A DNA stretch of 64,000 bases from Octopus vulgaris (taxonomy: Eukaryota). Shown piece by piece: positions 11,416-25,012 of this stretch. The stretch's first letter is position 1, and each line of letters begins with the position of its first letter. The stretch lies in assembly GCA_951406725.2 (NCBI GenBank), contig OX597819.1, positions 34,844,001-34,908,000 on the forward strand. The letters are read 5' to 3'. Under the pieces are notes generated by a model. The model was not told the origin of the DNA and did no database searches. It worked only from the letters and a program-made list of their open reading frames with translations. The translations under genes were made by a program, and so were the position numbers.

Positions 11416-11539
11416 AAAAAAGTTTAACCTGTCAATATATCTACATATACAACAAAATATACTGTTCCATATCCATTATCACAAACCTAATAACTCTTCT
11501 GTACAACATCCGATATTCCAATAAAGTAATCCTCATTTT

Positions 11540-11755
11540 AAGATGGTGAGCTAGCAGAAACATTTAGCATCCTGGGCAAAATATTTAGTAGCATTTTGTC
11601 CATCTTTATGTTCTGAGTTCAAATTCCACCAAAGTTAACATCACCTTTCCTCCTTTCGGGGTCGATAAAATATAAACCAGTTGAGTACTGAGTTGATGTA
11701 ATCAACTAAGCCCTCCCTCAATGTTGCTGGCCTTGTGCCAAAATTTGAAATCATT
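11540..11755 (+). mobile_element. SINE family B
   Basis: gttctgagttcaaattccacc...cctttcggggtcgataaaa...ccttgtgccaaaatttgaaa. Confidence 0.8.
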
Positions 11756-11769
11756 ATTACTATTATTAA

Positions 11770-12118
11770 TTCCTCCACCTTAGCAAAGGCTGAGGTGTTG
11801 TTTTCAGTCATGTTTGCTTGTTTGTTTGTTCATTTGTCTATGGACAAGATATCTCAAGATCCACTGAATGGATTCAGATGGAGCTTTCAGAAATGTTTGG
11901 TCTCATGACTGGCACAAACGGATTAGATTTTGGGATTGATCTGATACCGGACAAGGATTCTGGATTATTTTTCCCGTTTTTTACTTAATTTTTGAGAGCA
12001 GTCAGGTTCATTTTTAGTATTCTCATTTGTGAAAGCTGTCGAGTTTATTTCAGATATTCTCATTTTAAAAATCATTTCTGGTGTTGCCTTGACGGAGGTT
12101 TGCATTCTTTGAGTGCTC

Positions 12119-12122
<4 letters not shown>
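11770..12122 (+). mobile_element. Helentron/HINE-like non-autonomous element
   Basis: Has a 5' cctccacc..aaggctgagg fold-back, a (TTTG)n tract, a 3' sub-terminal inverted ggagg and a terminal gcattctttgagtgc hairpin, in T-rich flanks. Confidence 0.55.
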
Positions 12123-12152
<30 letters not shown>

Positions 12153-12165
12153 CATTATTATTATT

Positions 12166-12700
12166 GAGTGAGAGAGCAGTGCATGCCATCAAAGTGACAC
12201 TGGGGTACAAATATATGAAGCCCAGTATACCGATCATGACTACCCGTATGATAAGGGTACACCAGGCACATGCATCACAACCATATGTGCGCGACATGGT
12301 GATCTCATAACAAGATAAATAGCACATGACCTTGCAGGTGGGGCCCAGTTACAATTTTTTTCAGGTTGAGTAGCCCATCCCATTCAAAAGGTCCCTGATT
12401 AAGGGTTGTTTAAGGATGTTGAATGAAACACCCATGTTTCCAGAGGTGAATCATTCAAACCCCAAAGAATCCCTCTCAACATCGGCTATGATACTCCCCC
12501 ACTACTTCTACTCGTGATCAGAGATGCACATATCATCAGCCACTAAGGGGCATGCTCAACTGGTTAAGGTCAAACAACTGACAAGCAAATCTGTGGTATT
12601 GAGCAGAATATTTGCTGTAGCCCATCTTTTATACCAAGACAAAACAATGTACATGATAACACTTCCATGAGACCTGCTGCCTGGTACTACATCAGGGCAT
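12166..12700. mobile_element. (TAA)n-embedded ~555-bp element, copy 2
   Basis: Same ends as 9820-10376, with (TTA)n on both sides. Confidence 0.85.
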
Positions 12701-12811
12701 TATTATCATTATTATTATTATCATTATTATCATTATTATTATTATCATTATTATTATTGTTATTATTATTATTATTATCATCATCATTATTATTATTATT
12801 ATTATTATCAT

Positions 12812-13020
12812 TAAAGCGACAAGCTGGCAGAATCATTAGCATGCTGGGCAAAATGCTTAGCAGCATTTCATCCATCTTTACGGTCTGGGTTCAAATTCCG
12901 CCAAGGTTGAATTTGCCTTTCATCCTTTCAGAGTGAATAAAATATGTACCAGTTGAAGACTGAGTCAACCTAATTGGCTTATCCCCTCCCACAAAATTTG
13001 TGACCTTGTGCCAAAATTAA
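12812..13020 (+). mobile_element. SINE family B
   Basis: aagctggcagaatcattagcatgctgggcaaaatgcttagc...gcctttcatcctttc. Confidence 0.8.
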
Positions 13021-13719
13021 TCCCGGTTTGTGAATCATATTACCACACAGTTACAATAATATAGATATTCCCTACTGTACAGAAACATTTTGTTCCTGAC
13101 AATCTTCCCCTTCATATAGCATGGAACCTATTTTCTATTCATATTACATACAAGTCAATGAATATGGGAGTCAGTGGGGAATACATTTTCATTATCATCA
13201 TCATCATCTTAACATCCACTTTTCCATGCTCACATGAGCTGCATGAAATTTGTTGAAGCAGATTTTCTACAGCATGGTGCTCTTCCTGTTTACCAAACTT
13301 CACCTGTTTCCAAGTAAAATATTTCTCCATGACCAGACATGTTTTCATGGAAGATTGGAAACAAAAACACTGTTTGCATGATAGTGACACTCGTTTACAA
13401 CTATCACATGATGTTAAGGCAAGGAGTCAAACATACACACCCACATACATACTCAAGGATTCTTTTACTTCCCATCTATGAAATCCATCCACAAGGCTAG
13501 GCTTCTATCAACTCAGGGCTATAGTAGAGAACACTTACCCAAGAAACCCTGCAATGAGACAACTTAAAACCATGTGGTGAAAAAGTAAACTTCTTATAAT
13601 ACAGCCACTTTTGAATTAAAGAATTCCATGTTATGGGAAGATTTTTCAGGAAGACAAACAGAGCAATGCATGTTCTCTACTCATATTTTCAATGACTGAT
13701 GAAATCAAAATAATATTCA

Positions 13720-14212
13720 GGATCCGTGGTAAGAAACTTGCTTTCTGACCACATGGTTCTTGGTTCAATCCCACAGCGTGTCACCATGGGCAAGTGTCTT
13801 CTACTACAGCTTCAGGCCAACCAAAGCCTAGGGAGTGAATTTGGGAGATGGAAACTGAAAAAAGTCCATTGTGTGTGTGTGCATGCATGTGTGTGTTTGT
13901 GTGTGTGTGTGTGTGTGCACGTGTGTCTCTGTGTGTGTGCATGCATGTGTATGTGTGCACGCATGTGTTTGTGTATGTGTGTGTACGTATCTGCGTTTGT
14001 ACCCCACTACCATCTGACAACCAGTGTTGGTGTGTTTGCATCCCCATAACGTAACAGTTCAGCAAAAGCGACTGATAGAATAAGTACCAGGCTTAACAAA
14101 AAATCAGTACTGGGGTCAATTCATTCAGCTAAAAAGCATCCTTCAAGGTGGTGCCCCAGCATGGCCGCAGTCTAATGTCAGAAGCAGGTAAAAAAAAAAT
14201 AAAAGATAAAAG
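13720..14212 (+). mobile_element. SINE family A (tRNA head, CORE-like segment, internal (TG)n, aaaagataaaagat tail)
   Basis: ggttcaatcccac...caccatgggcaagtgtcttctac...ggtggtgccccagcatggccgcagtc. Confidence 0.85.
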
Positions 14213-14600
14213 ATGGAAGTTTCATTATTTCCATTAAGAAATATCTTTCATACACAAGAAAAGAACATGTAAACAAAATTGCCATTTCAAACATCATTTC
14301 TGAATGCAAAGTTGTTCTAATTACTCTCTAATGAGAGACAGATAAATAGGTCACAGAAAAGGTCACTGTAAATTACTTTTAACGAACTTATTTAATTAGA
14401 AGTAAAAATAGGTAAAATAAAGTAGTACCAGAGAACAGTGACCTAAATCTGTATATTTTGCAAATTATGTATCTCTCAGTATGGCACAAACTCTCACAGA
14501 TATATATTACAATGATATTAAGTAAATATTGGTAGAACCAGCAGAAATGATGTTATTTCTTGCACTCATAAAAAAAAAGATAAATATGTATGTGTATATA

Positions 14601-14651
<51 letters not shown>

Positions 14652-14790
14652 CACCCTCCTCCACCCCAACATCACTTACAGTCTAATTCCTCTGCCAGAG
14701 AACCAAAGGATCAATGTCTCTCCCTCTCTGCCTGTTTCTCTCTCTCTCTCGCTTGCTCTCTCTCTCTCTCTTGCTGTTTCTCTCTCTCTT

Positions 14791-14826
<36 letters not shown>

Positions 14827-15829
14827 CTAAGTGTGTGTGTGTGTGTCTCACTCAACTTATATATCTGTTTACCTATATATCTATGCACCCAGCCATATAA
14901 ATGCAAATAAATATCTGTCTATCTTTCCATCTATCTATCTATTCATCTATCCACATATATATATATATATATAGCTATATATTCATATATCAACCTTTCT
15001 CTATACCCATTGGTCCAACTATCCATCTGTCTGCCTCTCTCTTTAACAGAATATCTGGTTCCATTATATACCAGTTTTGATAAATGTAGAGATCATGAAT
15101 CATTTTCAAACTCAAAAATAATTTTGGTCATGAATGTAAAGAAGGAATGTGATTGATAGCATCAATAATGGTAAACATGAAAAGGAAATAAAGAAAGAAT
15201 ATTCCCAAGTTGGTCATTCTTAATCTTTACACTATTGCCAAAGTTAACACATGATTGGAATGTTGACTTAATTCTGACCCTGCTACAAATTCTGCAATTG
15301 ATCGTGATGCTATTCCTTTATGTAGTCCAATTAGAATTCAGAAATTCATTTGTGGATAGTTGCTTTCTCTTTAGTAGAATTCCCAGGATATGATTTATTA
15401 ATTAGTAAGAAGCACTGTGGATGTGAGTTCAACAACTCCCAATTAACATTGCAAGAATGAAACAAATCTTTGAACACATTAACTACTAACATTTTTATTT
15501 TGTATAGCACAATTTTCTTGTCAAGTAGTTAAAATTTCCTAAATCATACTCTATCATCCTTCCTATCATTTGCATAGCCATGTGCCACAGATCCAATGGA
15601 TTTCAGCATTGTTCTTTGTTATTCCCATCTCTCTTGGGAATACTTCCAAATCCTTTTAAATTCATTGGTCAGTTCTCCTATCAGATTATTTCATTGGTCA
15701 GAACATTAGTTTCTTTTGTCTGAGTAAAATGCCACATTTGGGGAAGAGAAATGGGATTTTGTAACATGTATAGTTCTCTACAAGATATCAACAGTGTAAC
15801 TGAAGAGGACTAACATTAACCAGGGACTG

Positions 15830-16216
15830 AACACCTTTCAAGTGTTGGGCCTCACAGAGGCAAAGTGGCCAATGCTAGTGGCACGTGAAAAGCTCTTTTC
15901 GAGTGTCAGGTCTCATGGAGGCAATGACGAATCACTGAGACCTTTAGCATTGTTATGCTAGAGGAGAGGACCCAATAAGCCAAGTAACTTCACAGTCATT
16001 GCAGATACTGGTGTCATGAAAATGGCACCCATGCTGGTGGCACACAAAAGCACCCATTACACTCTCAGAGTGGTTGGCATTATGAAGGGCATCCAGCCAT
16101 AGAAACCATGTTAAATTAGACTGAAGCTTGGTGCATCCTTCCAGCTAGTCAGCCCTGATCAAACTGTCCAACTCATGCCAGCATGGACAACAGACGTTAA
16201 GTGATGATGATGATGA
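15830..16216 (+). mobile_element. RTE LINE 3' fragment
   Basis: ttgggcctcacagaggcaa...agagtggttggcattatgaagggcatccagc...agacgttaagtgatgatg. Confidence 0.75.
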
Positions 16217-16331
16217 TATATATGTGTGTGTATATATATATATCCACACACACACACAGAGGTGAGCATATAAGTGCAAAGTAAAGTGGGAAAAATAATA
16301 CTCAAATACCAAAGGTAGAGGAATGTACTTT

Positions 16332-16483
16332 TTATTAAAGCTGCAAAATTACCACAGAACTGTTACTCAGAGTTTCACATTCCCATTCATTGAACAGTAG
16401 TGTTGAAAACTCATCATAGCTGTCTGACAAGGGGGAACATGAAACTGAGTAACAGATCTGGGATAGTTTTGGAGCTTTAATAA
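16332..16483. mobile_element. Palindromic (inverted pLTR-like) element; each arm carries a decayed type I hammerhead
   Basis: Arms at 16332-16397 and 16420-16483. The composite of both arms reads CTGT-CTGA(C/T)GA-stem II-GAA-ACTC-T-GAGT-A-ACAG. Confidence 0.65.
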
Positions 16484-16519
16484 GATATGTATTGGGGTGC
16501 ATGTGTGCATGTGCATGCA

Positions 16520-17700
16520 CTTTGGTCAGCCCAGAGCTATAGTAGAAGACACTTGCCTAAGGTTCCACATAGTGGGACTGAACCTAAAACCATGTGGTTG
16601 GAGAGCAAACTTCTTATCTCACTGTCACACCCACACCTCTGTGTGTGTGTGTGTGTGTGTATCTTGCAGGCTTCTTTCAATATTTCAGTCTACCAAATCA
16701 CAAGGTTTTGGCTAGCTGGGGCTGTGATAAAAGACACTTGCCTAAGTTGCTGTGCAGTGGGACTGAACTCAAAAATGCATGTGCATGCATGTGTGTACAT
16801 GCATGCATGTGTATGCATGTTCTTTAAATTAGTATTATAATTACTCACATGACTAAAGTTGAGAATTAGATACAAATCAGGCTGCACTGTGTTTCTGCTA
16901 CAGTTAACAACTTTCTGTTCAAAATTCAAAACTCACCAAGGCAGACCTTACTTTCATTTCTTCTACATTTATAGGTGCTAGCATAGCTGTATGGTTAACG
17001 AGCTCACTTTGCCACCATATGGTTTCGGGTTCAGTCCCACTGTACAGTATCTTAGACAAGCATCTTCTATAGTCCTGGACCAACCAATGTCTTATTAGAG
17101 AATTTGGTAGACACAAACTGTTTGAAAGCCCATTGTGTGAGTGTGTGTGTGTGTGTGTGTCTGTGTGTGTGCCTTTGTATTTGTCTCCGCCACTGCTTGA
17201 CAACTAGTATTTGTCTGTTTACTTCCCTGTAACTTAGTTGTTCAGCAAAAGAGACCGATAGAATAAGTACCAGACTTTGGCACAGGTGTGTCTGTGTGGT
17301 AAGAAACTTGCTGCCCAATCACATGGTTCTGGGTTCAGTCCCACTGCATGGCACCTTGAGCATGTGTCTTCTACTATGGCCTCAGAGCAACCAAAGCCTT
17401 GTGAGTGAAAGAAGCCCATTGTGTGTGTGTGTGTGTGTGTGTGTATTTATGTGTGTGTATCTTTGTGTCTGTGTTTGTCCTCCCTCCCCCCACCACCACC
17501 ACCATTGCTTGACAACCAATATTGGTGTGTTTACATCCCCATAACTTGGCAGTTCAGCAAAACAGACCGATAGAATAAGCACTAGACTTACACAGGTCGA
17601 CTTCTTCAACTGAAAAAAAAAAAACACTTTAAGGTGATGCTCCAGTCTGGCCTCAGTCAAACAACTAAAAAAAGTGGAAGATAAAAGATGAAAGATGAAA
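16520..17700. mobile_element. Cluster of four SINE family A copies (two - heads at 16520-16770; two + copies at 16971-17278 and 17279-17700)
   Basis: Repeated gggttcagtcccactg / cagtgggactgaac and cagcaaaagagaccgatagaataagtac motifs. Confidence 0.8.
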
Positions 17701-19801
17701 TAATTCAGTAAATTAAGTACCAGTAACATATTGGGTTAATCCAATTGATAATACAAAAACTGCTTTAAAAAGCTCATCTCATGCATGCAGCAATCAAATT
17801 ATTAAAGTCATTTACACAAAAAAAAAATGGAAATGATAGGCCATATTTTACAAAAATGAAAAAAATTATATCTAAATCCTTGAGTTTTGTGACAAAAAAA
17901 ACCCTGCAAAATGGAGTTTGCTTCATTTTTTTTTTTATTGTATTACAACGTGTTTTTATTTTAAATTTTATTTTCACAGCTTGATATCAATAATACAGTT
18001 AATATAGAATGAGATGCAGTCCTCCTTCAACAATTAAATAGTTAACTGGTTTAATTTATCCTCCAGTAAAAACTCATCACTTCTATTTTTTTTCTCCCCT
18101 GGTTTTTCTGATCTCCTCCTCTTTGCAATAAAAGTACAATGGAACGAATTAAAAGTTGGAACTATGCAGAAACATAGAAATTTGCCCAACAGATAATGAT
18201 CAAAAGAAAGAAAATAATAAAATCTGTTCAGGTAAGGAATTCATCAGAAGCAAAATGGAAGTGTTCTGTCAGCATGGTATTCTACACAAGAAAAAAAAAC
18301 ATTTTCAATAAAATATTTTCTATTCACAGGAAAACATTGAATAGCACTGAAATTTTATGCATTTAATGAATAACAAAAATCTATTTATCTGGTTTGTCAT
18401 TGTGCCTGATGTGAGAATTAAATCTCATGCTGTTTTAAGTAAGTACTCCTGAAAATTACAGATAAAGTTATAGAATGTGAGCCAAAGATGACCATTCTTA
18501 GTAATGTTGTTAGTGAATCACTCATTCATTTGGGAATAAATTATTAGATAAAAATAAAGAATAAAATAGAGACATTTATAGTATAGGAAATGATGAGATG
18601 GGTTGATGAGAAACAAAACACTAAGGTACTGACTGGTAAGTTATGCTCATGCAAATAACTAAGGAAATTTAGTTGTTATCAAATAAATTGATATCTAATT
18701 CCTGTCTAGAATTTCATAGCACACTGATCAGGACATTTTGCTAAAAAGCAGTCATTCATGTAGAGGATAAGGTTTAATGCTTGTCCTTTCAAAGAATGCT
18801 TTATATTATTCCATGAAATATATTGTTTTTAATCATTTTTCTTTTTATTATTTAATGAGAAAAATCCGGAAGCTCTCACTAAAAAATTTTTTTTTTTCCT
18901 GGGGTTATTTATAGCTGAAGTAATGCTAGAGCTAAAAAAATCATGCTTATCACGTTTTCTTTGGATTCTTTGAATAAGAGAATTCTGCAAGAGAACACAT
19001 TTTAGTTGCTGTAACAATGCTATTGATAAATACAGGCAGGTCTCTTAAATTAACCTTCAGCTATAGAAACCATGAATTATCATGCTTGAAAGATTCTGTA
19101 AAGAAAGGATTAAGTGGAAAACTCTTCAAATAAGACAGGATTAAGAGATGTTAAGAGATTTTTTCATATACTTTAGAGTTTAATGATAATTATTGATTTT
19201 TAGACACAAGTATAACATAGATTTACATGTCTAAATAAACATGCCTTCAGTTTTTTATACAGTAATATTTTGTTTTATCAGGATATGGTTTTTACCAAAG
19301 AAGGTATTTTTACTTAGTCATGTTGAGAAAAATTAGATTTAAAACACCAAACTGTATTTTGTGGTTTATATCTAGAAGACGAATTTTTCTAATATTTCCA
19401 TGTATCACCTCTAAAGTAAGCATTAGGAATACATAGTTCTTCTGTGTAAGGGTTTGCAACTGTTTTAAGTTCTATATTTAAATAATGACATTTTAACAGG
19501 ACATAGCAGAGAATTAGAGAGAGAGACAGAAACAAACAGACAGATAGACAGAAAGAAAGATAGCAACAAACAATGGGATAGAAGGAGGAAGAAAGAGACT
19601 GAACTCTCCCCTAAAATGGAGTAACATTACTTATGAAAGTTTTGTTAATTATATCAATCCCAGAATGCATTCCAGTCAGGAAATTATTTTACCAATCTCT
19701 ATTTGTCAAACTGCTAGTTGGCATTATATAGAGGAGCACAACATAAATAACACCAAACCTTTTCTGACTGGTGTAAACACAGAGGTGGCACAGGCACACA
19801 C

Positions 19802-20674
19802 ATGTGAAGTGCATGCAAAAAAATATCCAACTTTATTTTTTCCCCCAAAACTAATGTTGCAAGGGCAAAATCCTTTAGGTGGGAGATAATGCCACCCTTT
19901 TTGTACATGCAAAAAAAATTTTGTGCCAGTAGGTCATGTCAGTTCCTGGTTGTTACACCTAGAGTACAGACATCTAGTGCGTGCTCGTAGATTTGCGTTT
20001 TTACACAAGATGACCAAACGCATCAAATAAAGACTATAAACTCTGTCCCATCACCAGTGATGATGGTTTCATTGAATTCTGGGTCATTGTTTTCACAGTC
20101 CAGCATGTTCTGAATGATTTTCATGGAGAGTTGCTTCTGCTGCTCTGCCTGCACAAATCATCCATTGAAAATGAATTCACTGATCCTGTGCTTATTCTCA
20201 CTTTGTGAGCAATTTCCTAGATTGTTACACGACAGTCTTCCATGATTATTCCCCGAACCTTCTCAATCAGTTTCTTGTTTAGGCTTCTGGATGGCCTGCC
20301 TGAGTGTGCCTCACTCTCCACTGAAATGTAGCTATGTTTGAAGTGGTTGTACCACTCCTTGATCTGAGTTTTACCCATGACATTGTCATCAAAAGCTAGC
20401 TGAATCTTCTGGATGGCTTGAGCTTAAGTATCACCAAGCTTTTGGCAAAACTTGATGCAGTATCTCTGCTTGATGTGTTCAGTGAAAACAAAAATCTGAC
20501 AAGCACGCACTACATATCTGTACTCTAGGCATAATGGCTGTGAACTTGACAGCCTTCTGGCATGAAAAATTTCACACATACACAGGAAGGGTGGTGTCAC
20601 CTTCCAATCAAAGGATTTTGTTCACACTTTTGGCAAGAAGAATGAAGTCGGTCACTTTTTGAATGCACCTTGTA
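19802..20674 (-). mobile_element. Internally deleted mariner transposon
   Basis: Degenerate TIRs: gaagtgcatgcaaaaaaatatccaact and agtcggtcactttttgaatgcaccttgta. The - strand reads AKLGD...IQKIQLAFDDNVMGKTQIKEWYNHFK...ESEAHSGRPSRS. Confidence 0.75.
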
Positions 20675-21347
20675 TACTTATATACATACATACACGTCAT
20701 CATTATCATCTTATAACATTCATGCTAGTGTTGCATGCTAGTATAGGTCAGATGATTTTACAGGATTAATTGGAACATAATAGTTTTCCTGCTGTAGAGG
20801 AGCTACAAGCCTGCTCACATTTTAATATGATGGAAAGAAGAGAAGAAATTCAGCCAATAACAGATCCTAACAATAAACCAATAATATTAAACCAGAAATA
20901 TTAAAAACCAATATTGGATCATCAATAATAATAATATCTAAGATTATATTGTAATCTTGTAATCTTTATCAGTTTAGAACTTCAGACCAGGAAGTTACAT
21001 GACAAGGTTGTGTCTGTCATTTTCTTTTATGCTAAATTTTTCTTCTTTTCTTTTTTAATTTGATTTTAGGATTTTCTTGTACTTCATTATTTGAGAATTT
21101 CTTGAGAGTTCTTAAATCTGATTCTTGTTTTCAATATTTTATTTTTGAAATTCAGAAAAAAAAAAAAAAAAACTTTAATGGATTTTTTTTTTATCTTGAT
21201 AATGGTTTGTAAAAATTGGATTATAATTCAATTATAAATTGGATTACAATCCAATCCTGGATCCTCAAGCTACAATATTTTTTTAAGTTTGAGAAGTCTA
21301 ACAGAAAAATATATTCCCATAGCCTGTTTCAAGCTCTTTTAAACAAT

Positions 21348-21812
21348 ACATGCAGGTGTAGCTGTGTGATAAGAAGTTTGCTTTCCAATCACAAAGTTCC
21401 AGGGTCAGTCCCACTGTGTTGCACCAATCAAGTATTTTCTGCTATAGCCCAAGGCTGACTAAAGCCTTGGGGATGGATCTAGTTTTGCAATACAGAAACT
21501 GAAAGAAATCCATTGTACATACACACACACACATACATACATACATACATACATACATACATACATACATACGTAAGTACGTGTGTGTGTGTGTGTGTGT
21601 GTGCGTGCGTCTTTGTGTTTGTTTCCACCACTCTTTGACAACTGGTGACAGTTTATTTAAAGGCCCATAACTTAACAGTTTGGCAAAAGAGAATAAGTAC
21701 CAGGCATAAAAATAAAAAGTACTGGAGTTGATTCATTCAACTTAAACCCCCTCAAAGCAGTGCTCCAGCATGGCCGCAGTCCAATGACTGAAAGAGGTAA
21801 AAGGTAAAAGGT
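21348..21812 (+). mobile_element. SINE family A
   Basis: Head gcaggtgtagctgtgtgataagaag and tail cagcatggccgcagtccaatgactgaaagaggtaaaaggtaaaagg. Confidence 0.8.
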
Positions 21813-22695
21813 AAACTGTGGATAAAGAGGAATACAACTGGATAAGAATGAAACATGGAATTAGACAAATTGTTTTAATATTAGAGAGATATGGCTGCAA
21901 AAATAGAAGAGAATTGAGGACAATGAGTGGATTAAGAGGAGTGATACAAAATGAAACAGTTCACATGAGATGAGACCATCATTGTTTGGAGAAGAGATGG
22001 AGGAAGGAAGCAGAATTTGATGACAAACCAAAAGTTGTAGATGAATGAATTCCTCTCAATCATTGAGAACCTTTTTAGGAATCTGCATGTTCATCTCAAA
22101 GAAAATATATTTTCTGATATTACAAGTTGACATAGTATATAGAGAAGATATGTAATATAAAACATTCAAATATCACTATCTTTGCTAATCCTGCTGCATT
22201 TCACATGGAATTTTTAGTCTTCCAAAACTATCTTGGTGCATGAATTGACCCATACTTTTTTTTTTTTTTTCGGCTGCACATAGACATCTCACAAGTAAAT
22301 AGACACCACCATTTTTGTAAGATTGCTTTCTTGAAACAAAATAATGTCACTTCTTATGGAAAGCATAACCTAAACATATGGAACACAAGTCATAAGGAAA
22401 TCGTAGACTAAACATGGAACACAAATCATAAGGAAATCATAAACTAAACACATGAAACACAAGTCACAAAAAAATCATAAACTAAGCACAAAGAACACAA
22501 CAAATCAGAGAATCATAAACTAAACACATGGAACACAAATTCATAAAGAAATCATAAACTAAAAACATGAAATGCAACAAATAAGGAAATCGGGAACTAA
22601 ACACATGGAACACAACAAATAAGGAAATCATAAGCTAAACACATGGAACACAACAAATGGAACGCAACAAATAAGGACATCATAAGCTAAACATC

Positions 22696-23905
22696 ACAAA
22701 TCCCTTCAGGTAGATGACCCTGCTTGATCTGTTGAAAAGGCAAAGGTAGAATTTCCATAAGACCCGATGTAAGCTATGGACATATAAGAGGTGCAGCAAT
22801 ATCAAAGGAAGGTTGACTGAGAAGACAGTTTTTGTGTGTGGCAGATGCACAGGTGCAATAAACATCGAAGATGTACAGAAAACAGATTCCATCACATGCC
22901 AGGGGAAACAACTAGAAGTAGTTGATAGCTTCTGTTACCTAGGTGACCAAGTCAGTAGCTGGGGTGGATGCTTTGAGAGCGTGGCTGCTAGAATAAGAAT
23001 AGCCTGGGCAAAGTTCAGATAGCTCCTACCTCTGCTAGTAACTAAAGGTCTCTCGCTCAGAGTAAAAAGTAGACTGTATGATGCCTGTGTACAAACAGAC
23101 ATGCTACATGGCAGTGAAACATGAGAGGTGACTGCTGAGGACATGCACAAGCTTGAAAGAAATGAAGCTAGTATGCTCAACTGAATGTGTAATATCAGTG
23201 TGCATACAAAACAGAGTGTAATCATGAGAGAAAAGTTGGACATAAGAGGCATCAGATGTGTGTACTGATGAGAGATGAATGTACTGGTATGGTCATGTGT
23301 TGCATATGGATGATCTGTGTAAAGAAGTGTCATACCCTAACAGTGACAGGAACCTGTGGAAGAGGTAGACCCAAGAAGACATGGAATAGGATGGTGAAGC
23401 CCAACCTTTGAACATTGGGCCTCACAGAGGCAAAGACAAGTGACCAAGACTTTTGCAGATATGCTGTGCTTGAGAAGACTTGGCAAGCCAAGTGAGATCG
23501 TAGGTGTAACTGATGCCAGTGTTGCATAACTGGCCCATTTAAAAGCACCCTTCAATCATCAGGCAATATGGCGTGCTTGTGAAGACCTGTCAAACTGAGT
23601 GAAACTGTAGCCATGGCTGATGCCAGTGCTGTCTGACTGGCACTCATGCCAGTGACACATAAAAAGCACCATTCGATTATGGCCATTGTCAGTGCTGCTT
23701 GATTAGCTTCCATGCCGGTGGCACATGAAAAGCCCCACTTCACTCTCAGAGTGGTTGGAATAAGGAAGGGCATTCAGCTGTAGAAACCTTGCCAAATCAG
23801 ATTGGAGCCTAGTGCAGCCTCCCAGCCTGCCAATCCTCAGTCAAACCATCCAACCCATGCCAGCATGGAAAGCAGACGTTAAACGACGATGATGATGATG
23901 ATGAT
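22696..23905 (+). mobile_element. 5'-truncated RTE LINE (end of ORF2, 3' UTR and (GAT)n tail)
   Basis: FVCGRCTG...LEVVDSFCYLGD...ARIRIAWAKF, LYDACV..MLHGSET and GRGRPKKTW, then the UTR and ttaaacgacgatgatgatg. Confidence 0.92.
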
Positions 23906-23959
23906 GGAACACAAATCATAAGGAAATCATAAACTAAACACATGGAACTCTTGTATACA

Positions 23960-25012
23960 TTAATTGCATCTCTTCTTATGAATAACTGGATTGTATTTTT
24001 CCAATTAACCTGACATCTGACTGTTCAAAGAAGACTTCAAAAATATCTAGTAGTGACTTCTCTTGAAAATGAACAAAATTTGGCATTGTAATGTTAAATA
24101 TATGCAGAAGAAGGGTTTAGCCTCCAAGGACATTCATGCTGACATGGTTGCTACATTAGAGGATGATGACACTGAGACCCTCCGGTCATGAATAACCATG
24201 GGATTGCACCTAGAAAGTTACCCTCCCAGGCACAAGTCCGGGCAAGGCTGTTTATGGAAGACCAGCAGTCGCCCATGCATACTGGCCTCCCCTCTCCACG
24301 CCACCGATGTTATCCTAGGGAAAGGCAAAGGCTGATACAGCTTGGCAACTCATTTCTACTGCTGAGTGAACTGGAGCAACGTGAAATAAAGTGTCTTGCT
24401 CAGTAACACAACATGCAGCCCAGTTCGGGATTCGAACCCACAACCTCGTGATCATAAGCTCGACACTCTAACCACTGAGCCATGTGCCTTCACAGAGGAT
24501 GATGATGCACCAGCTTTATCATCAGGGCAAAAGTGGGCAGTTGAATTTCAGAGGGGAAGGGAGAATCTTGAAGATCACCCAAGGCAGTTACAAAAAGCTA
24601 TCAAAACCAAAAGCTCAAGAAAACTGACGAAAGAGGTCTTGTTTCAACAGGACAATGTTCCAGCACACAAGTCTTTGGTTTGAATGGCTGTTGTGTGTGA
24701 CTGTGGCTTTGAACTGGCTGATCACCCTCACTATTCTCTTGATTTGGCCCCATCTGACTGTCATCTGTTCTCCAACATGATAAAACCACTTAGCTGGGAA
24801 GCAGTATTGCAGTGATGGTGGCATCATCTCTACTGTTGATGATTTTTCTCTACCAAAATGATGAAAGTTTCTTCACCTATGAGATTCAAGCACTACAACA
24901 CCAATGGAAGAAGTGCGTAGACTGTAAGGGGGACAATGTTGAAAAATAACCTCATTTGGTCACATTCCATCAGAGTATCTTGGTCAGCTTATGAACTTTT
25001 TAGCTAACCTTT
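23960..25012 (+). mobile_element. Internally deleted mariner transposon interrupted by a SINE
   Basis: KGLASKDIHADMVATLEDD|APALSSGQKWAVEFQRGRENLEDHPR, then VLFQQDNVPAHKS, HPHYSLDLAPSDCHLF and WKKCVDCKGDNVEK*. Confidence 0.85.
24170..24493 (-). mobile_element. tRNA-derived SINE (family C) with 12-bp TSD
   Basis: A box tggctcagtggtt and B box ggttcgaatccc on the - strand. TSD agaggatgatga at 24158-24169 and 24494-24505. Confidence 0.92.

Noticed and set aside
18135-18236. Plus-strand exon ending CAG|GTAAGG
   Set aside because: The nearby ATG frame stops early, and there is no supporting acceptor or homology.
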